Origin: Podarcis tiliguerta
Lineage: Eukaryota
DNA: 64,000 bases
Assembly (NCBI GenBank): GCA_965153285.1
Contig: OZ229112.1
Strand: one strand, 5' to 3'
Position numbers and translations under genes: made by a program. This document shows positions 10,997 to 22,990 of this stretch, one piece after another. Position 1 is the stretch's first letter, and every line of letters begins with the position of its first letter. The notes beneath the pieces are model-generated. The model made no database searches and was not told where the DNA came from. It saw only the letters and a program-made list of their open reading frames with translations.

Positions 10997-11142
10997 GGGA
11001 TGGCCTAGTTCGCAGAGCATGAGGCTGTTCATCTCAAGGTCATGGATTCGAGCCCCACGTTGGTCAAAAGATTCCTGCATTGCAGGGGTTGGACTAGATG
11101 CCCGCCGTGGTCCCTTCCAACTGTACAGGTCTATGATTCTAT
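10997..11142 (+). mobile_element. tRNA-Lys-derived SINE with CR1-like tail, near full length
   Basis: tRNA-like head (AGAGCATGAG..TCTCAAGGTCATGGATTCGAGCCCCAC), then GGGGTTGGACTAGATG..CCTTCCAAC..CTATGATTCT. Confidence 0.8.
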
Positions 11143-11367
11143 TACTCTACGGATGCAGAATTGGCATGGAATGGACTTATAGAACAATGCTGAAACAAGC
11201 CAGAAAGAGACCTATTTGCCCATCCCCACTGTCAAACATAGCTATAGAAAACAGAATGCTAAATGGTGTGCACCCAGCTTTTGTCACAACAATGAGTTGC
11301 ATCCAGCTAGGACTTACTCAGAGGAGACCCACTCAAATCAATGGACATGACTAACTTCAACCTGTTG

Positions 11368-11412
11368 GTGAGCCACTGGCCTGATCCAGCAGGCTCTTCT
11401 TGTGTTCGTATG
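11368..11412 (+). mobile_element. LINE 3' tail stub with (TTATGTTC)-like end
   Basis: GAGCCACTGGCCTGATCCAGCAGGCTCTTCTTGTGTTCGTATG resembles a squamate CR1-type 3' terminus. Confidence 0.5.
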
Positions 11413-11413
11413 A

Positions 11414-11617
11414 CATTAGGAAGAACTTCCTGACAGTAAGAGCTGTTCGACAGTGGAATTTGCTGCCAAGGAGTGTGGTGGAGTCTCCTTCTTTGGAGGT
11501 CTTTAAGCAGAGGCTTGACAACCATATGTCAGGAGTGCTCTGATGGTGTTTCCTGCTTGGCAGGGGGTTGGACTCGATGGCCCTTGTGGTCTCTTTCAAC
11601 TCTATGATTCTATGATT
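11414..11617 (+). mobile_element. CR1 LINE 3' end, young subfamily
   Basis: Encodes IRKNFLTVRAVRQWNLLPRSVVESPSLEVFKQRLDNHMSGVL*; near-identical to 34581-34785; ATTCTATG tail. Confidence 0.92.
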
Positions 11618-12693
11618 TCAGTGGACTTTAGCTGATGACTTAGTGGGAAACAATGCATATTTTACAGTTTTCCTTGAGGGCTTTGGCACAACCCTTTAGT
11701 TCCAATAATATACTGTAACTATAATCCTCTCAGTATCTGTCACTGTATAATGGCACGTTCTCCCCATGCTTGCCCCTACCTCCATTTCCTTTGTGGTTTT
11801 CCTTGTGTCTGTTTCTAGATTATAAATCCCTTGGGGCTGGAACCTGCCAAAGCTGTTCTTTGTGGAGTGTCATGTTCTTGGATGGTGTAATGACAGCAGT
11901 GACAGCAATCTACAACCCCAACAACATATGATGTCACTCAGAGCTCTGCCCTGTGTGAACACAATGCAAACATTCCAAACATCTCCAGAAGGAATTCAGG
12001 AACCGGAACATCAAAAACTCTAGTTGCTTATGATCAGCATAAAAAATGAGCAGCAACGCTATGTATGCATTAAGGAGACTTTATTGCTGCATTATCGTGT
12101 GATGAAATTTTGAGAGCTTGGCATTCTACATACATTTACGATGGCTCTTGAACGGTATTAGGAATAATGCAGCCATAAACGTGGTAAGAACACAATAAGC
12201 ACAAAACCTTCTTATCCCCCCCCCTTTTAAAAGTCCAAGATACAAGAGGTATCACTGATTGCTCACAAAGCATTATGATCTCTACATTATGCCTGACACT
12301 ATTCCAGGTTATATTCTTTAATAAAAACTATTGGTGGAACTTGATTCGGCTGCCAGCTCCGCCAGCTAAGGTTCAGATACATCATTCAGAGTGAGAACCA
12401 TTAGGATGACATTTGTCACATACGGATCTGCATCAACTATCAGCCTGTCATTCCACAACAGAAAGTCGACCCGTCAGTGAGAGGACATTAGTAGCTCAGT
12501 AAGTAGGTTAGGGAAGAAGGAGTAAGGAAGCCACGAATCTGGCTGGAGGCACTCGAAGGGCTGCCCAAACTGAACAGGCATTGCTTCCTATGGATTTCCT
12601 TCTCCCCTCACTTGTTACAGGTCCAGGTGATAAAATGGGTATTATTATGGGCGCAAGCATCCTCAACAGTTAAAAGCAGTGTGTGAGGGTGTA

Positions 12694-12773
12694 GGGATAG
12701 CTCTGTTGGTAGAGCATGAGAATCTTAATCTCAGGGTCGTGGCTTTCAACTCTACAGTTCTATGATTCTATGA
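12694..12773 (+). mobile_element. tRNA-Lys SINE with internal deletion
   Basis: GGGATAGCTCTGTTGGTAGAGCATGAGAATCTTAATCTCAGGGTCGTGG joined directly to the CTTTCAACTCTACAG..CTATGATTCTATGA tail. Confidence 0.8.
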
Positions 12774-13039
12774 GTATAGACTTTAAGACAGTACTTATGG
12801 GTATTAATTTGGAGCATCTATCATTGCTTCTTCTTATTTTTTTGCATGTGCATTCTTTGGAACCTGGTGGCCACCATGTTTACACCAGTCTTGGCCAAGC
12901 TGGCGCCCTCCAGATTTTTTAGACTACTGCTCCCATCAGCCTCAGCCACCTGCAGGCTAGCTTATATACTCAGCTGATGCTGATTAAGGTATCTTAAAGC
13001 ACGGCAGCATTAGAGCAATTTCACACATTATGAAAGTCT

Positions 13040-13110
13040 TTCTTCTGGCACCTTTGAAGGCCAGCAAAATTTATTATGCCGTAACAGACTCACACAGCTA
13101 CCCCTCTGGA
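13040..13110. mobile_element. possible Penelope-like terminal remnant
   Basis: TGGCACCTTTGAAGG..AAATTTATT and AGACTCACACAGCTACCCCTCTGGA resemble squamate Penelope termini (recall). Confidence 0.4.
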
Positions 13111-14996
13111 AGAATATCCACACATAACAATCGATTCTTATATGGAAAGCATTCCGTTTGCAGAAAACAACATACAAGCTGTGCCGATTATGCAAGATGA
13201 GCTTATCATCTTGTTGTGACTTATTTATTCTTGGTGGTGCACAGATACATACTGGGAAGACAGTGGATGCTTCTCAGCATTTTCAGACGTATTAAAACAA
13301 TCTCACGCAAGATGTGTATAGAATCATGATGTGCCGGGTACACATTCTATCCTACGTGGATGGGAATGCATTGTAGGAATTTTGTCACACAAAATCTGAC
13401 TGTCTGTTACATTTCTGTGGATTTAAACAACTGTGTGGGAGATTAGATTGGAAGAAATATATGCTTTCTAACAATGGAAGATAACAATGGGCGAAACCTG
13501 CAGACAGATAAGCTCAAATAACAACCTGTTGAATTCAACTGGGGATAAAAGCATCCTGTTGATTTTTAATGGTACTTAAAAATGTTCTCTGGTGGTATGC
13601 AAGATTTATAATATCCCTGTATTCTAACAGCATGCAAACAACAATAGATAGTAATTACTGATAGAGCATAGATAATATCAAATAGCTCTGATGTGAAGTA
13701 CTTAAAACCAAATAATATCTTGCAAGAAAAGAATAATTTGATTCAGAATAGAGGGGAAACGCCTTATGTGAAAAGCAGTTCGGAAAATGAACTCACTCAA
13801 GAAATTGTTAGCCAAATTGGGGATAATCTACCTTAGAATTATCCCCTTTCTATCTATAGTCACTTACTTCCCAGCAAGAAGCCACTCTGTTTTATTATAC
13901 AAAAGTGGGGTCAAAGTCATTCATATGCGTCGTATAAAGCTTAATGTAAAAATTGCTTCTGAACACAATACTTGAAGGTCAAATTATCATGAAAACACAC
14001 GGGCATCATTTAAAAAGAAGCACTGCTAGTTACTGTAGCTAAAAAATTTCCGCAGGAGTTACATGGCTTCTGTTATTACTAAATGGTTACTTTTTTGTAG
14101 GTTCCCACACACTGAACCATGGGAAAAAGAGAGAATAGTCTGTTTTCCTTCCCAACAGCTCCAAGGTCTGCAAACAACATGAAGGCAATTTATTTTCCTT
14201 CCTTCAGCACGGGAAAAACGAGTTCTCATATGCTCTTTCAGGTTTATACAGTCAACTATCCTAGGGTAACAATCCTTGAAATCATTGGTTCATTTCCTGA
14301 TTCAGAAAATACCTTCAGAAGGCAACAGCAAAAACATAGTAAGACCCAGTATTATGCAACAGGGGATAAGTGCTGCGGCCAAAGGGCATCAGTCAATATG
14401 TTCAACAACTGCCCAGTTGGTCACAGGACTGAATGTTGTTCAATAACAGGGAAAGGGCTAGCTGGTTCCCTGCATGGTGGATTGGGCTCTTTAGCAAGTT
14501 TATTAAAACAACATGCCTAGCCCTTCCAGATTTTAATCATGGTGCGGCAAACATTTTTGCTCGGTTTAATTTACAAAGAAAAGAAGCAACGATCAAACAT
14601 TTCATGGTAGAAGTGGTTTAAAAACAACCTTGGAATCCTTGCTATGTGTTATGCTGCATGGATTGGAATGCGAAGGAAGGCTGGAAAATACCACCAGCAG
14701 TGCTAATGCATGGCATTCAGATTGGTTGAGCCCCAGTGCATCTCTCTTCACTGAAGGCCTGGCTGAAGATTACCTAGTACAGCACAAATACTGCCAACGT
14801 GTTCGATGTTTCATGGCCGAAGTGAACAACAAAAGAAATCAATGTAGTGGAACAACTGCAGCAAAAGAAGGAGGTGCAATAGCAGCAATGGCCAAAATGG
14901 TGGTGGCAACTGGCACCAGCAAGTGAAGATATGGTTGAACATGGTGGAAGCATGGAGCAGAGCGAGAACATAAGGAAGAGCCAAGTTTTTCTAGTT

Positions 14997-15132
14997 CAGG
15001 GTTTCCCAAACTTGGGTCTCCGGCTATTTTTGGGCCACAACTCCCAACATCCCTAGACAGTGGGATCAGTGGTCAGAGATGATGGGAAGTGTAGCCCCCA
15101 AACAGCTGAAGACCCAAGTTTGGGAAGCCCTG
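14997..15132. mobile_element. hAT (Charlie-like) hairpin MITE with perfect TSD
   Basis: TIR CAGGGTTTCCCAAACTTGGGTCT / AGACCCAAGTTTGGGAAGCCCTG; 8-bp TSD TTCTAGTT. Confidence 0.92.
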
Positions 15133-15975
15133 TTCTAGTTCCTGTTTCCCAGGAAAGAACAAGAAACCCACCTCACCCCCAATTTACTGAATTTCCTGGA
15201 GTTTGAACCTGAACCACGAACCATGCACACAACAAGTTTCATGAAATGCACCGAAACTGCTGAAACACAAAAGCCACAAGGCCACCTGTCGATTGCTCAA
15301 TGAAAACTCAAAGCTCAACATTTCCAGCTTTAAAATATTTTTGTCATGTTCCACATTTCAGATGTCTAAGCTGAAAAAGCTTTCTTTTCTAGGTATTGCT
15401 GGGAGAGTGGAATAAAAATACCTAAACGGCACATGGTGCCAGATGTTCTTCTGGAGGGATCAGTTCATGTGTAAGGATATCTTTTTGTTTTGGATTATAT
15501 TTGCGCAGGTGGAAGCATCAACTTCAGCTTGTTTGAAAATGGGTTTGATTCACCAGTGCTCAGCTGGTTACAGCTGGCTATGAAAATAAAACGCTTTCTG
15601 GCATATTAAGCAACACAGGGATGTTTTTTAAAATAACCATGCTTTTGTAGACCTTGTTTAATCATGTCAGCAGAATAAAATTTTGCAGTCAAATATAGAT
15701 GCATCTTAGTGATGATTGATTAACACTGATGGACCTATTCATATTTTGTTGCAACGTAATACAAGCATGAGGCAATCTCCACTGGCGGAAAAGGCAAGCA
15801 ATCTGTGTCAAGCAGCTCTCATGCTGGTATTCAACCATGCCTGCACAACTTATATCTTGCCCCCACCCCGGCCCTGGGTAGCTTTCTAGGGTAGGGCTGA
15901 AATCTCTTGAACTGATAGGGGATCAACTTCACATGAACTGTAGTTGTATTTCAAGGGCCTAAGTGTCTTTCCTAT

Positions 15976-16323
15976 GGGACAATAGGTGGAGCTGTGGGTT
16001 AAACCACAGAGCCTAGGACTTGCCGATCAGAAGGTCAGTGGTTCGAATCCCTGCAACAGGGTGAGTTCCCATTGCTTGGTCCCAGCTCCTGCCCAACTAG
16101 CAGTTCGAAAGCACGTCAAAGTGCAAGTAGAGAAATAGGTACCGCTCTGGCGGGAAGGTAAACAGCGTTTCCGTGCGCTGCTCTGGTTCGCGAGAAGTGG
16201 CTTAGTCATGCTGGCCACATGACCCAGAAGCTGTACGCCGGCTCCCACAGCCAGTAAAGCGAGATGAGCGCCGCAACCCCAGAGTCGTCCGAGACTGGAC
16301 CTGACGGTCAGGGGTCCCTTTAC
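15976..16323 (+). mobile_element. Sauria SINE (Squam1), full length
   Basis: tRNA-like head with GGTTCGAATCCC B-box, conserved body GCAGTTCGAAAGCACGTCAAAGTGCAAGTAG, BovB-like tail ending GGGGTCCCTTTAC. Confidence 0.93.
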
Positions 16324-16447
16324 TAATGTTACATGCAGACCAGGCCACTATCTGAACTGGGCCTCATTCTGCGAATGTCCTTTTCTAATGGTACAGGTAC
16401 ACTGTTGATGACTTTTGAAGAAGAAATTTCAGAAATAATCCAGAGTA

Positions 16448-16814
16448 CAGTGGTGCCTCGCAAGACGAAATTAATCCATTCCACAAGTCTCTTCGTCTAG
16501 CGGTTTTTTCGTCTTGCAAAGCAACACTATTAGCGGATTAGTGCTATTAGCGCTATTAGTGGTTTAGCGGCTATTAGCGGCTATTAAAGGCTTAAGGGAT
16601 TAGCGGATTAGCTGCTAAAAGGCTATTAGCAGCTTAGCGCCTTAGAAAAAGGGGATGGGGAGTGAAAAAAACCCTCAAGAATCACAAGACATTTTCGTCT
16701 TGCGAAGCAAGCCCATAGAGAAATTTGTCCTGCGAAGCACCTCTGAAAACGGAAAACCCTTTCGTCTAGCGGGTTTTCCGTCTTGCGAGGCATTCGTCTT
16801 GCGGGGCACCACTG
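16448..16814. mobile_element. Tc1/mariner-type MITE, family B
   Basis: TA-flanked; TIR CAGTGGTGCCTCGCAAGACGAA / TTCGTCTTGCGGGGCACCACTG; internal TTAGCGG-like array. Confidence 0.9.
16527..16644. repeat. degenerate minisatellite (CTATTAGCGG / TTAGCGG)
   Basis: Roughly a dozen imperfect units inside the family B MITE. Confidence 0.8.
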
Positions 16815-18684
16815 TACTTCAACAGAATCACTAACTCATTCTGGAAGTAACAATAATATTAAATAAGAAATACTGTATTTTAGTCCTAAAATAAAGTTCA
16901 TATTGTAATTCTACTACCCTGGGTATCCCTATGAACCCCACACCCACAATTTGTAACTTTGACTTGTTCTAAATATCATTGTGCAAGCTGACTTTTAAAT
17001 GGTAAGCATTGCAAAGCTGAATCCAGTTTCTTCCATGTAAGACGCGGGGGCTGTTTTTTGTTTTTGTTTTTTCCAATTGCCTACTTAATAGAGGACTCTT
17101 TATTAAAAAGGAAAGAAAGAAAACCACATAAATGGCTTAGTTTATAAATGAAAATGTATGCTATAAATTGCAGAGCTGTGGGCGACTAATATCCACTTAA
17201 GCCTTGTGTTATTTTCTTCTGCAAACGGCAAATGCTAATCCTAAAACTTCCATTATCTGACGGGCAAAAGACTTAGTACAGCAGACATTTAGACAGCGCT
17301 TTGGGGGAAATTCAGATTCAGCAGTCTGCAAGTGGAGAACCCTGAAGGAGCTGTTCCAAATAATTGTGGCAGGAAGACACACATGGATCTCATACAGCAG
17401 GGAAGTGTCAGACTCAATTTCTTGGCAAACATCTGGTATGAGATTCTTCTTCTTCTTACATATTTATATCACATCAGGATCCACCCCAAACAACAACAAC
17501 AACCACCCAGCTGAGTGCAAGGCTGTGCAAATATAAAGAGAGTCATGGTTCCTAGCCTGAAGACCTCACACTCCATGTGTCCAGTCCTCAGATCTATAAT
17601 TTCCATGAGTAATGACATTCACCTCGGCAATTCTACTAGGAATATTCATGGGGCTGCTTTTCAAGGATAAAGGCCTAATGCCTTGATCTACTGAGCACAG
17701 CACAAGTACACAGTGCAGTGCCAATGAATTTAACAGGCATTGCAGAAAGCTATTTGGTGCCCCTCTGCAGAAAGTAGAAAGAATGCAAATAAGAGAAACT
17801 AGTTCTGAAAAGATTTGTTCCTTCTCCTGTAGCTGTCTGAACGCATTCTACAGAGTAGCTGAAGCAGCACCAACATGGCTGCCTAGCTGATGAATACAGA
17901 TGTCTTCCTTGTGATGGCAAAGCTGTGTTTGCTCCCGAGCCCTGTCCTATACTTGTGTCTGGCCTGCAGAGGACTAGTTTGAGCCCTGATGCCAAGCCAT
18001 TTCCACCGGCATAGTTTAAACTGCCCTATTATGCTAGTGGAAGCCAGTGAAACGGCTAGTTATAGCAGGAGGACTGACTGTAGTAGAGAGGCACTTAATG
18101 ACAGGGCAAAAATGCCCTGCCATCCAAGCAGAATCTATCAGAACTCTGAAAAGAGCACTGTGGAAAGTGCTGGCTAGAGTGCTCTCGCCCACACCAGAGA
18201 GGGCTGTTACCTCAACATGATGCAGACACCTTGTGTTCTGGATCTAGGGTGCATGGTAAACAGTATCTTTTGGCCAGGGCTGATGTGAGTGGGAATAGAT
18301 ATCTGAGAGACTCCTCCTCCTCTACCTCTGAACTTGAGGAGGAACCGCGGCTGGAGAACATGACAGGTAGGTCAGGTAATGCTAGACTTGGACCAAGTAA
18401 TGATCATGTAATCGTGGACTCTCTTTTCTGAAAGATAGCTTGCCCACCACCACCAATCTTCCCCCACAATTTGTTGAGCACGTTGGTGAATGTGGAATGG
18501 CGAGACCTAAAAAGCTGCTCAGAGCAATAACTAATGTTTATGGTAAACATGATGATATAATAGATAATGCACAGTATCTACTACTTCTCCCGATTCACAA
18601 ATACAAAATTCCTCATCCAATGTGATATTAGGAAGATGGAATACACTGTACCGGGGGTGGGTGGGTGGTGGAGAGATCCATGAG

Positions 18685-19020
18685 GGATAGCATCTTGTTC
18701 CCCATTTGTGGAACACGCTCCTTAATGAGGTCCACCTGGCATCTTTGCTGCAATCTTTTGGATTCCAGGTAAAATAATTGTCTTCTCTTCCCCCAGGTTT
18801 TTGATGGGCTATGATGATGATGATGTGTTTTCCTGCTTGTGTGCTGCTAAATCTTGCTGCAGCAGCTACTGGGTTGTCTGTGTTAGTTTCGTATATTTTT
18901 TACTCACTTGCATTTTTGTACAAACATGTCAATGTTATAATATGTTTATGTTTTTAAATATGTTATAAGTTGCTTGGAGATCTCTATATAACAAGGGACT
19001 AGCAATGATGATGATGATAG
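18685..19020 (+). mobile_element. old L2-like LINE 3' remnant
   Basis: CCCATTTGTGGAACAC (LWN motif), T-rich 3' UTR, TAAGTTGCTTGGAGA..(ATG)n end. Confidence 0.5.
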
Positions 19021-19877
19021 GTTTCTGCATTGAAGGTTGTATTATATACCTGTGGCATACCAATTATGAATATTTTCAGACCCTTTTACAGAGATATGGG
19101 GTTTATAGAGATTTAGGGATTGTCCCACCCCCCCCTCCCCGGCTTGGCACTGTCGTTCATTTGATACCACAGTGGAGAGGAGAACTACACTTAAGTGGGC
19201 AGGGAGCAACTTAGCTTGTTCCCAGCCTACAGCCACGATTAGCAATGCTAAGATAACCATTAGTGAAGACACAGGGAAATGGCAAAACTGCAAAGTTAAG
19301 ACACAGTGATTCATAGCAGCTGAGAACCTGTCCTACGGCTTCCCAAATGCCACTCCTCTGGCTATGTTTAAAAAATGCCATCGGAGGATGTGAAAACCTA
19401 ATCGAAGAAGCAGAAGCATTTTTAGCTAGTAAATAACCATGCCTCTGACTTACTTCGTCTGCTGTGGGGACTGCTATGGCACCAAGAACTCCCACAACCA
19501 TATATCCAAATAAGCAAAGGCTGTTAATTGCCTTTATTGGCAGTCAAGGCCAAGGGAGGGGAAAGGATTCCTCTATATTGACCGAAAAAGAATTTCTTGC
19601 ACCATTCTTGCCATGTCTGACCCAAATCAATGTATAGACCACCGAATAAACAAGTGCCCAGAGCAGTAGTTCACAAGTACAGCAGTAAGGGACTGTTTTT
19701 TTTAAAATAATAATAATACTCGAGATCCTTTTTGGTTAAAGGGTGGGGTATAAATGTCTTAAATAAAGAAAACAAGGGGTCCAACTTAGGCAGGAAGCCA
19801 CTTAGCTGAGCTCTGGTTATCAGCAATATAGCATGCTTTTTGCAGTTCTCAAAACAACTGGCAAACTCTCACATATA

Positions 19878-20136
19878 CCGTATTTTATGCTCTATAAGAC
19901 TCACTTTTTCCCTCCTAAAAAGTAAGGGGAAATGTGTGTGCGTCTTATGGAGCGAATGCAGGCTGCGCAGCTATCCCAGAAGCCAGAACAGCAAGAGGGA
20001 TCACTGCTTTCACTTCGCAGCGATCCCTCTTGCTGTTCTGGATTCTGAGATTCAGAATATTTTTTTTCTTGTTTTCCTTCTCCAAAAACTAGGTGCGTCT
20101 TGTGGTCTGGTGCGTCTTATAGAGCGAAAAATACGG
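19878..20136 (+). mobile_element. Tc1/mariner (Tc2/pogo-like) MITE, family C
   Basis: TA-flanked; TIR CCGTATTTTATGCTCTATAAGAC / GTCTTATAGAGCGAAAAATACGG; second copy at 53646. Confidence 0.9.
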
Positions 20137-20139
20137 TAT

Positions 20140-20342
20140 ACCATACATATATACCAAGTGTTACACCCCTTTAAGAACTGTGGCTTTAAGAGTCATGGCC
20201 CCCAAAGAATCCTGGGAACTTCAGTTAGTTAAGGGCACCAAGAATTGTTAGGAGGCCCCTAAGAAACCACAATTCCCAAGATTCCTTGTGGGAAGCCATG
20301 ACTCTTAAAGTGATATAACAATGCTTTAAATGTATGGTGTGG
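20140..20342. mobile_element. palindromic MITE-like repeat (AAGAATCCTGGGAA family)
   Basis: TTTAAGAGTCATGGC..GCCATGACTCTTAAA inverted arms; relatives at about 39285-39785 and 49320-49497. Confidence 0.65.
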
Positions 20343-20494
20343 TTTTGACTTTAGGGTAGCTTGAGGGAAGTTTATTTGTATGTAGATTCAGGGGACATGT
20401 GCTGTTTAACTCATAGGGAGTTTGTCCTCAGAGTTAGGAATCAGGCAGATGCACATAGCCATGTATTATACTTTCCAAAGACAGTTTGAAGCTA

Positions 20495-20497
<3 letters not shown>

Positions 20498-20547
<50 letters not shown>
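20498..20547. repeat. (TA)n microsatellite
   Basis: About 24 TA units. Confidence 0.95.
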
Positions 20548-20549
<2 letters not shown>

Positions 20550-21456
20550 GGAGGGCTGACACATAGGTGGCCTTGCTGCAGGTGAATCAATCTTTATTCC
20601 AACACAGCTTAAGATACTGGCTTACTGAGAGGGTCAGTGAGGCAGCGTCACACCCAGGGCGGCTGAAGAGGGAGAGAAAGTGGACTTCTTAAAGACAGAT
20701 TCATAAGCATAGCTCAGGTCTGATGCCACTTCATATAAATTAAAATGCACAATAGTCAGGGATGAATAGTCTTTCCTGATTTCATAAAGCAAAGTTCACA
20801 AAGCTGGGAAATATTGTCTGAACCGGGATGGTTTATTAGACACATGCCACTAAGCAGAGTGAAATCATACCATTGAACAGATCCACACATTTAGTAACCG
20901 AATCAGAACAACTAATCACTGGAGAGGAGTTTTCCTTTCCGCTGGTCTGAATATTTGCCAGGAGATAGAGGAAACAGACCAGTCAATGGTATAAATCTGC
21001 TTTAGGCTGCAATCGTTATACGCACTCACTGAGATCGATAAGGCTTACTTCTGAGTAGAGCCAAGAAAACTCTTATTGCCGACAGAGCCCTTTTCTAAAT
21101 ATTGGATATATACAACTTGCTCTGGTTGAGCCACTCAGAACTCAGGAGTATAGCTGCGGGGCTATTTTGTCGGTGTGATTCCCTCAAGGCAGACCTAAAT
21201 ACACACTTTACACCATCTCTGGGATGTGGAACGCAGGTGGCAGATATTGCTGTTAAATCATATCTATTATTAATTCAACAAACCACCTAAAATCCTTATC
21301 CCAGTTGTCATCCGTTTTCCAATACGAAATGGTTTGATGTGCACACTGTTACTGTTTGAACTGTTTTCATATTTAGAATTAGCTTTTAAAAATTGTTTTT
21401 TATATATGCAATTGTTTTAACTGTATTTATATAGGCAACTGTTTGATTTTATTATA

Positions 21457-22059
21457 CAGTGGTACCTCGGGTTGGGATGCGGGTGGCGCTGTGGGTTTAA
21501 CCACAGAGCCTAGGGCTTGCCGATCAGAAGGTCGGCAGTTCGAATCCCCATGGTTGGGTGAGCTCCTGTTGCTCAGTCCCTGCTCCTGCTAACCTAGCAG
21601 TTCGAAAGCACGTCAAAGTGCAAGTAGATAAATAGATACCGCTGGGGCGGGAAGGTAAACGGCATTTCTGTGTGCTGCTCTGGTTCGCCAGGAGCGGCTT
21701 AGTCATGCTGGCCACATGACCCGGAAGCTGTACGCTGGCTCCCTCGGCCAATAAAGCGAGATGTGCGCCACAACCCCAGAGTCGTCCGTGACTGGACCTA
21801 ATGGTCAGGTGTCCCTTTACCTTTCCTCGGGTTACATATGTTTCAGGTTACATACACTTCAGGTTAACAGACTCCGCTAACCCAGAAATAGTACCTCGGG
21901 TTAAGAACTTTGCTTCAGGATGAGAACAGAAATCATGCTCCGGCGGCGCGGCAGCAGCAGGAGGCCCCATTAGCTAAAGTGGTGCTTCAGGTTAAGAACA
22001 GTTTCAGGTTAAGAACAGACCTCCAGAACGAATTAAGTTCTTAACCCGAGGTATCACCG
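21457..22059 (+). mobile_element. Tc1/mariner MITE family A, interrupted by a Sauria SINE
   Basis: TA|CAGTGGTACCTCGGGTT..GAGGTATCACCG|TA; body matches 32725-32966. Confidence 0.9.
21474..21824 (+). mobile_element. Sauria SINE, full length
   Basis: GGGATGCGGGTGGCGCTGTGGG head, CCTTTACCTTT tail; 9-bp TSD CCTCGGGTT (21465-21473 / 21825-21833). Confidence 0.95.
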
Positions 22060-22990
22060 TACTGATTCACAGGAACAGTTTTTCAGTTTTGTTTTTACTT
22101 TAATTATTGTGGGAAAAGCACCTTCTACTTTTCCAGTGAGCCCTTTGAAATGCCCCCCCCCCCCTTAAAAATCCAAGTCCCAGAAACTAAATCACAGTTC
22201 ACTGAGGGCTGTATAGGAGCTCCCAAAGGCTGATTTGAAACTTCCTGGGAATTGTGTAGTACCCTCAGGTTCCCACACAGCCAAAAGGTTAGGAAAGAGC
22301 CTGAGCCTTGGGAGCAGAGCTCTGCAATCCTTGAGCTTGCCTGACTAAGCTTGAGGAAATACCTTGACCAAAATGAGCTGAAGCTAGGGCACACTTCCTG
22401 GCATAACATATTAAAATAACGTGAATGGTCAGCTACGTACTCCCGCCCCAGCAACTGACTGGGCTGTTTTAAACCAGCTGATTTCGAAACAAATGAAAAT
22501 CAGCTACTTTTCAGAGCATCTTTATTGAAAACAGCTCCTCCTGCAGGTGTAGCTTCAAGCAAAAATAGCAGCTGTGTAGAAGCGATGATTAGATAATTTG
22601 TTCCTCAATGTACTCTTCTATATATATAAGGGCTGACCCAGGAGAGAAGTCTTGCCTTCCAGAAAGAGCTTCCTTTTCCCTGAGAGGAACACTGCAATTA
22701 CTGGGAGTCGTCATTTGTGTTGACTCAAGAACTATATTTCTAAATATAGATTACGATGAGTTTCTTCCATCAAGGCTGCTTTTCTTTCCATGAACAACTT
22801 TCTGACGCCTTCCCCCTTGAACTTGTACAACCACTGGAAAACTTACGTTTACAGCTGCAATAAAACCTCCACAACAATTCTGAATAGCCTTTCAACTTTC
22901 TGACCTGATAACCATTGGTGCCGTTGCTGGCAGCCAAACTTCCTATTGATAAGAGCAACCTCGTGTGCTACCATTTTTAATACAAGCACC

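Noticed and set aside
10997-11065. tRNA-Lys-like and tRNA-Ala-like sequences (also at 12694, 35590, 50480)
   Set aside because: These are SINE heads with degenerate stems, continuing into LINE-derived tails; not tRNA genes
16027-16248. Recurring similar ORFs 'GHVASMTKPLL..GTYLSTCTLTCF' (also 21524, 46819, 55126, 62840)
   Set aside because: Antisense read-through of Sauria SINE copies, not a gene family
16527-16644. CRISPR-like or true telomeric array
   Set aside because: No unique spacers, eukaryotic context, and the unit is not TTAGGG; it is a minisatellite internal to a MITE
17406-18365. Possible solo LTR (GGAAG|TGTCA..TGACA|GGTAG)
   Set aside because: TSD matches only 4/5 and no clear polyA signal; the right end looks LTR-like but the left boundary is unsupported
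19840-20232. 130-aa ORF with a paralog at 53704
   Set aside because: Read-through of the family C MITE; no transposase motifs
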